Shown here piece after piece: positions 56,191 through 64,000 of a stretch of 64,000 nt of DNA. The notes beneath the pieces were generated by a model. The model was given only the letters and a program-made list of their open reading frames with translations. It did no database searches and was not told where the DNA came from. Position 1 is the first letter of the stretch. Each line of letters opens with the position of its first letter. The stretch is from the human T2T-CHM13v2.0 reference genome, Homo sapiens, in the NCBI RefSeq assembly GCF_009914755.1, contig NC_060940.1; one strand, written 5' to 3'. The translations under genes were made by a program, and so were the position numbers.

Positions 56191-57254
56191 ATTGGTTAAC
56201 AAAAGGAGAAAATCAAACGTGATGCATACCCAATAGCTGACTCAGCTGACGCTATGGGGGGCTCCAGCATTAGAATGACCTTTCACCTTTGTCTCAAGTT
56301 GAGCCAAGAAACTTTATACTCCCATATCTACTATTCACTGGACAGGCCACCACAAGAAGGGATGTGATCTTAGGTGAGTGGTTTCTGACAGCATCCTTAA
56401 AGAGGTTGACAGACTTCAAGCTTCTCTGCCGACACTACCCTCTACAGCTGAGATCATCAGACCTTACTGAAGGGAGACTTCAGCAGCACATCACAGCATC
56501 CACCACAGTGCAGCAAGAAGTAAGCCTGTCTCCGCCAGTGTGGGAAACCAACATGCCCCTCACGCCCAACCAAGAGCAATCAACATGTATCCGGGCTGGA
56601 ATCCGTGGATTCAGAGAAGGGGACTTGCCTTCTGAGAGCCCCCTCGTAATCCTTGTCTGGGTGGGCTAACTCCTACAATGGGGTGCTGGCCTCCAGTTCC
56701 CTGTCCCAGCTTTTTAGTTCTCTGCTGAGACTACAGTTGGTTCTGATATCTCCCTGATTCCAGAGGACCATAACCCCCGGTCAGCCTTATGAGTCCTTAC
56801 TGAGGCATCCGCCCTGCTTCTACTCCACCACAAGTGGTTGAAGCATAGATCCCCACCCACTCCCAGCATCCAACTTCTCTACTGTGTTGTCCCTTGTCAG
56901 ACAACAAGGCCTGCTTAGCTCTACACAGAGCTCACTTCATTAGGTTAACAAGGAGCCCCTGAGGCCTGGGGCAGTGGCACAGTCAGGCTCTTGGTCCTAC
57001 CTTCTGTCCACCTCCCAGTGCCCACCTAGCAGGAGCTCATCTTAGATGACAACACAACTTCATGATGGATGCGGCAAAAGGTGAGGTTGCAAAAGATTCT
57101 GAGGGGCTTTCACTGACAGGCTTGTGAAGTTGAGAATGAGTTCCATTTATACCACAAAGCCCAGCGATACTAATTAGTAACTGAGAGAAATGGAAAGAAG
57201 GGCATGACCACAAATTCATCAGCCACTGTCACTCCTCACTCATTCATCCATTCT

Positions 57255-57684
57255 TTTTTTTTCCTGTTATCATAAGTCTATGGTAATTTATTTATTTTTA
57301 TGCTTTTATTTTGATTTTTAAATTAATGTATTTTCATATATTTGGGGGGTTACAAGTGCATGTTCCTTCCATGCATATATCACATAGTGGTAAAGTCTGG
57401 GCTCTTAGTGTACCCATCACCTGAAGAATGAACACTGTACCAAATAGGCAGTTTTCAACCCTCACATTCCTCCCACCCTCCCACCTTTTGTTGTATCCAG
57501 TGTCTATTATTCTACTGTCTATGTCCATCTGTACTCTTTGTTTAGCTACCACGTTTAAGTCAGAACGTGTGGCATTTGACTTTCTGAGTTATTTCAGTTA
57601 GGATAATGGCCTCCAGTTCCATCCGTGCTGCTGGAAAGAATATGATTTCATTCTTTTTCACGACTGGGTAGTATTCCACGGTCT
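57255..57684 (-). mobile_element. L1PB (PB4-like) 3' end
   Basis: catagtggtaaagtctgggctcttagtgtacccatcacc...ggataatggcctccagttccatcc. TSD attca(t/a)ccattct at 57242-57254 and 57685-57697. Confidence 0.88.
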
Positions 57685-59294
57685 ATTCAACCATTCTGTC
57701 AGCAAGCACTAACTGATACCTATGTTGGGCTAGTCTCATGCCAGTGGCTAGGGACACAAAGGCCAAGAGGCCTGGATGAAAAATCCCATGTGCTCTTTCC
57801 CCCATGTTCCCACTTCATCTCATAAAGGTGGGAACTTTTGCCTTTATCCACCCATTTTCTTCATATAGGGAACTGTCATGGTGGGAACTCTGATTCTCCA
57901 CCTTCTCACTCGCTACTCCCTGTAGAAGGAGATTCCTCCTTCCGTCTAATCCAATTGGTCAGTTTAGATTTAATGAGCTCCTTTTTCCGAGTGGTCAGGG
58001 ATGCTGCCTCAAAGACTCTCCCTCTTCCCTTTGCCATCCAGACTCTGGTGCCACACATCTCCTTCCCTTCCCCACCTTCCTATTATCATCCCAGCAGGGC
58101 AGAGCTCCCCCGTTTCAGGGGAAAAGCCCACCCTTCTCCCTCTGTCTCTAATCTGCTCCCTGTTGATGTGTCTGGTTGATGAGGGCATAACTGCAGTCCT
58201 TTTTTACAAAGTTGGATAGCTAAGGGATTTGGAACTCTACAAGCTATGCTCTATTTCTTGCGGTTCGTACAAGTCTGTGTGTCCTGAGGTTTAAATACAG
58301 AAAGGCAAGTAGTAGATACCTCTCATCCCCAGGTCTAAGCCATAAGCTTGGAGACAGTTTACTAGAGTCTCCAGGTTTGGTGGTCACTAAGTGTTGTGCA
58401 ACCATTGTTAGAATAAAGGGATCCCCATTTGGCCATCAGTTCTTTGTATACGTATTCTTTAATGGTCAGAACCTTGAATGGGAAGGAGAGTGTTTATTTT
58501 ACCCAAATCTCTAAGAAAACATGGTCTGGAGTTTATGGTCTTGTGGTTAAAGGAAAAAAAGATAATGTAAAAATATACCTAACCCGGCTTGAGGGAGGCC
58601 ATTGGGAAAGGTTTCCTGGAAGCATTGAGTGCAGAAAAGATAGCTCAGTGATGAATAAGTTAAATGAAGGTCATGGAGCAGAGGGAGATACAGTCCAGTC
58701 AGAGGCAATGGCATGAGCAAATGCTCAGGGGCTGACCAGGGCATGCTAGGAGGGAGAGCCACAGCTATTTGGGGCTGGTGTGTGAGATCTTGCATCCAGC
58801 CAGAAATAAGTTCATGTGACACTTGCAGGCTGGAAGGAGAAAGTGCATCTCTTATTTTCTGATTTCTCTCTGGATCCCTGGAGATGTACGAGAGCATTAA
58901 GCCATCATCATTCACCCATGATACATTTACCTGTGGTCTTGATCGGCTCTCCCATCTTGGAAAACAGATCTGACATGAACTTCCTTCAAAACCTCTGAAC
59001 AAGAAGTAAATGCCAGTCAAGCTAGGACCATGCATTGCTTATATTGGAATGACTTTGAGCTTCCCAGAGAAGAGAGAATTCAAGAGAAGCCTTGAGTGAA
59101 CAATAACTATTAACAACGAGGCCTCCATTACCTTTGCCTACTCTCCCTATGTCTAACTGGTCTACCTGCATCCAGTCTGACCCTCTTTGACTTGCCCTTC
59201 AAAGCAGCCACACTACAAATCATACCACATCAGAATATGATGCTTCAATAGCTCCCCAAAGTTGTCCAAATAAAGTCTGATTTCTTTATTATAA

Positions 59295-59710
59295 TGTCAC
59301 AAGTTGAGTTCTTCAAGAAATAGACCCTGAGATAAAGACTAGCATGCAGGAATGTATCAGGGAGCACTCTTGTTATCAATTCATGAGGAAGAAAAGGGGT
59401 CAGAAAGAGGTATGATTGAAGAGAAGAAACTGGGTTATGATGAAGGCCTCAGCCAACTGCAAAGGAAGCTCTAATGCTGGATGACCTTTCAGAGTTGACC
59501 CAAGTTGGGCAGGAGGACCAAGCCTTAATACCCACATGCAACAAATCTCGGATTCAGGCTACCATAGGTATAGAGGCATAGCCTTGGAAAGGGCAATACT
59601 TGATCCAAGACAAGCCCTGAAGAGAACCAGCAGCTGAGAGCCATCTGCCAGCAGCTAGGGGAATAAGCCATCAGTCCTGAAAGGAGATCTGAGTGGTACC
59701 TCAGCACAAT
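59295..59710 (-). mobile_element. LTR33-like (ERVL) LTR
   Basis: agaccctgagata...ggcctcagccaa...gaagctct...gacctttcagagttg...gtcctgaaaggagatctgagtgg. Confidence 0.6.
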
Positions 59711-59756
59711 CAGAACCTATGGTATTCAGTCATTTTTATAGCTTTTTATGACCTGG

Positions 59757-60432
<676 letters not shown>

Positions 60433-61313
60433 TGTCTAATTCCTTCCCCACCCCCACAGAATTTTGTTTACTTATAATAGCTTTTAATCCTTAAGGGATA
60501 CAACATAACACAGATTCTGTGTCCTATGGCCTTCACAGAGAGGTGCTTCAGGATTTGGGACCAACCATGCTACTGTTTCCATGGGTGCAAGTGACCTTTT
60601 CCCAGATAACTCAGGCTTTGGTTTGCTGCCAGGATACACTGTATTATCCTTTGCTTTGTACACATGAACATATCTCTTGCCTAACTAAAATCCGGTTTCA
60701 GCTCAGGCATCTCAGGCACCTTCAATTTTAAGAAGAGCTGTGTGTTCCCTTTGGTTTGGAAGATGCTTCCAGCAAAAATGACCTTGGGCCATATCCTTCC
60801 AGACATATTTGGCATTTTAGAGATCCTGATCCCAGCAGGCCTCCACAGGTTCCACAATGGCAGAAGGAGAACTACTGGCTGATTCTTGAACATGCTATAT
60901 TGGTCTACTCCTCTATACCTTGCACATTCTGTGCCCTTTGCTAGAAGTGCCCTCCCAACTTTACCTGTCCAGTGAAAAACTTTTTATGACCTATGTCTCC
61001 TTCAAGAGTCAGCGGATGTGTCCACTCCTCTCAGAGGCCTTCATTACAGTGTCTTGTCCTTTTAGGCCCTTCCCTCTCATACCCCGTGATGAGAGCAATT
61101 GCCTCAGAATCTCTAGGTATCAGTCAATGCGTGCTGTTTGGGTAGTTGATTGATGGGTTTTGTGTTGACTGATATATCAACTGTTCAATCATAGCCATGG
61201 CCCATAGTCTCTCAATAGATGAGATCTCCTTGTGGATATCTCTTACATATATGAATGTCTTCATCGGGGTGAAGAAAAAGTAGATTCAGGAGCCATATAC
61301 CTTAGTCTCTATT

Positions 61314-61820
61314 TTTGGGAGGCATAATAATGGCTCTCCCAAATATGTCCATGCCCTAATCCCTAGAAGCTGTGAATATGTTAGGTTACAGATCAAAGGC
61401 AAATTAAGCTTGCAGGTGGAATTGATATTGCTAATAAGCTGACCTTAAAATAGGGACAGTATCCTGGATTATCAAGAAGGACCCAATGTAATTACAGAGG
61501 CCTTTAAAAGCAGAAGATGGAAGTGGAAGAGAGAGTCGGGGGAGATATAATGATGGAAGAATGATCAGAGAGAGGCAACATTACTGGCTTTGAAGATGGA
61601 GGAAGAGGCCATGAACATGGAAAGTTTCTAGAAGCTGGAAAAGTCAAGAAAATGGATTCTCCTCTAGGGCTCTAGAAAGGAACACAGCTCTCCTCATACT
61701 TTGATATTGGCCTAGTGAGACCTATGTCAGATTTCCAACTTGCAGAACTATAAGATAATAAATTTGTGTTGTTTGAAGTCGCTAAATGTGTGGTCATCTG
61801 TTACAGAAATAGAAAACATA
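61314..61820 (+). mobile_element. MLT1D-like LTR
   Basis: atgtccatgccctaatccctagaagctgtgaatatgtta...gctgaccttaaaataggg...ctggctttgaagatggagg...ataaatttgtgttgttt. Confidence 0.87.
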
Positions 61821-61984
61821 GCCACTATTCTAAACAAATCCCTTCCAATCACTGTCCTCATGCTTTGATCCTATTTCATATTTGCTGGGGAGGGATACCT
61901 GAGCTCACCAGCATTTGGGGAGTTTCCTGATTCAATGGCCAGGGCCTCTAAAGATTTATGAGAACCCATGATTTTAAAGCATTT

Positions 61985-62590
61985 AGTGAATTTTATTGAG
62001 AGTGCATTCTATGTGGACACTGTGATAAAAGCTATGTCATTTTACAGAGTCAAATATGTCCCAACTTGCTCAGCCTATAAGATAGATGAGGTATGTAGGT
62101 AGCAGCCAAGCAAGAGTGGGCAATTGTTCCTAACAGAGAGATCTGTTAGAACATAGTTACCAGGATCTCTTCATTTTGAAAAGCAACCCATCTTATGAGA
62201 ACTTTCCAACTGGCTGTGAGTATGTACCAACTTAAGGGGCATGGTGCTCTTCTCTGTTCTATGTAGGACAAATTTCTGCAGAAAGTGAGACTGGCACTGA
62301 ATAAAGTATAGAAAGCAGATCTTTCTTGTAGGAGAAAAGGCATGGAATGCCACGATGGCAGCACTCTACTGGAGGTGCACCTCAGGGATGCTAATCTTAC
62401 AAAAACTAATGTGCAAGTTGACAGTAAATCTCTAGGAGAATGCAGTGCACAAAGACCCAAACACAGATCACCAGCAGGAGAGACTAAGAGAATCATGTCA
62501 AAGAAGGAGGACACCAGACAGACTTTGGAAAGCCCATTGGACAATAGGGAGCCATGACAGATTCTTGAGGAGAGGAGAGTTAGAGTGAGG
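61985..62590 (-). mobile_element. L2 relic
   Basis: ttttattgagagtgcattctatgtg...ggacaatagggagccatgacagattcttgag. Confidence 0.5.
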
Positions 62591-64000
62591 AGAGAATGCA
62601 AGATGAGACAAAAAAGAACATTGAGCCAATTATCAGTGACATCCCGGAAGCCAGACTATCAGCTTTTCTTACAATTCCCAACTCCTTGAGTCTGAGAGAT
62701 CTTATGTAGTTTTTTTATTAACATTGACAATATTGTGAACTTTATTCACTTAATCTCCATTAAAGTCATTGAGGATGGTGCACTGACTTTTTAAACTAAA
62801 AAAAAAAAAAAAAAAGAAAAATCCTGAAAATAGATTCTCAAAACTCAGTCCAACCATCCAAATACCATCCAAACACGCCGTTAAAGGTTAATAAAAAGTG
62901 CATAAACATTGAGGGATTTTTATTCGTATTCTCTATGAATGGCCTGAAAGATTAATTATATTTTAACAAAAATAAATTGTCACACTCTTGAAGCCTGTCA
63001 TTAACATGTGAGTCTTGGTCTATAGATTGGAAGGTAATAAATAAAACTGTAAATAATATCTATACAACTCTTTGCATTTTGCATGACATTTTCACATGCA
63101 TTATGTTATTGGACTTCACAAAACTCCTGAGGACTTGGTATCATAGAGACTCAGAGAGGCTGCAAGTCAGAAGACAACCTCAGGCAGCCTCACTCAAAAC
63201 TCTGCTCTTTCCACAGAATCACTGTACTTCTTATGTTTGAACAAATGGCACGACATATGTGAGATGAAACATGACATGAAGCCAGATAATATCATAACCA
63301 AGCTGAAACACCAGGCAAGGCCAGGGTATAACACAGACTTGCCACAAAGCCAAAGCAAGGATGGGCTCTCTCTCTTATTCCAGGTCCAGAAATGCTAAAA
63401 TAAAAGCTTCCAGTGAAGAATAGGCCTAGATCATCTGAAAAATGTATCTGGTGTGAAGAATGCAATTTCCATTCCCTAAATGGTAAGGCATCATGGACTA
63501 TTTCACACTGGGTTCAATCGCAGCATCAAGGATTATTGTCCAAAGCCTGGATCAGGCAGATCCTACCACATCCTGTAGCCAGGTACATTCTAGACCAGCA
63601 AAACCAGGGAAGGAAGCAGGCTAGAGGTTTCCTGATATGAAATAAAGGAACAAGCTTTGAAATGAACTCTTTCAAACCCTTATCCTGCTCCAATAAAAAT
63701 CTCCACATCTCCCAGCCAGGTTAATTGGACACACAGCCACCCATGGCTGCCAACAACCTTCAGTGCCCACGATGCAAATACAAAACAGACACTCCCACTG
63801 GCCACTGCGCTGCAACTAGCTTGCCTGTTCATTTAGGGAAATGACGTCTCTCCATCAGGAACCTCAGGGAAGAGGAATCAACAGGTTTGGATGCAGCCAT
63901 ATGCCAGGTACCATGCTAGGCCCTTACTAATATTTTCTTACTGGCTTCTCATGAACATTATGCCAAGTTGATACAAAAGCTCTGCTGTGCAGAGAAAGAA

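Noticed and set aside
55705-56202. 165-aa proline-rich ORF
   Set aside because: It is the antisense translation of the polypurine tract plus the THE1 LTR.
58547-59035. 162-aa ATG-initiated ORF
   Set aside because: No recognisable family or splice context, and the length is compatible with chance.

Overview
Primate (human-like, catarrhine) non-coding DNA, intronic or intergenic. It is not prokaryotic. I find no supportable host protein-coding gene, rRNA, tRNA or CRISPR array, and almost every ORF in the track is repeat-derived or chance. Roughly half of the window is interspersed repeats: about 17 Alu elements or fragments (J, S and Y types), L1s of several ages, many MIR/L2/L3 relics, MaLR/ERV solo LTRs (THE1 x2, MLT1, MLT2B, LTR1, LTR33) and DNA transposon relics (MER82, Tigger2a, Tigger3b, MER5, MER58). 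The only real coding remnants belong to one L1PA6-like element (49587-53953). That element is the most notable object. It has both ends and a TSD, but it lacks exactly the known L1 5'UTR intron (SpIRE 97/622-type junction) and has a second GT..AG-compatible ORF1-to-ORF2 deletion. It also shares one target site with an Alu, leaving three copies of the target sequence. Other notable structures are an inverted duplication of an L1/Alu-monomer junction that forms ~480-bp inverted arms (14471-15694), a tailless L1 patch inside a MIR, a perfect RFX X-box, a canonical NF-kB site in a THE1 LTR, and several repeat-free blocks that look like developmental enhancers. Repeat family names come from my recall of consensus sequences, not from a database search. 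Boundaries without a TSD are approximate. I do not see evidence of a wholly new biological system.
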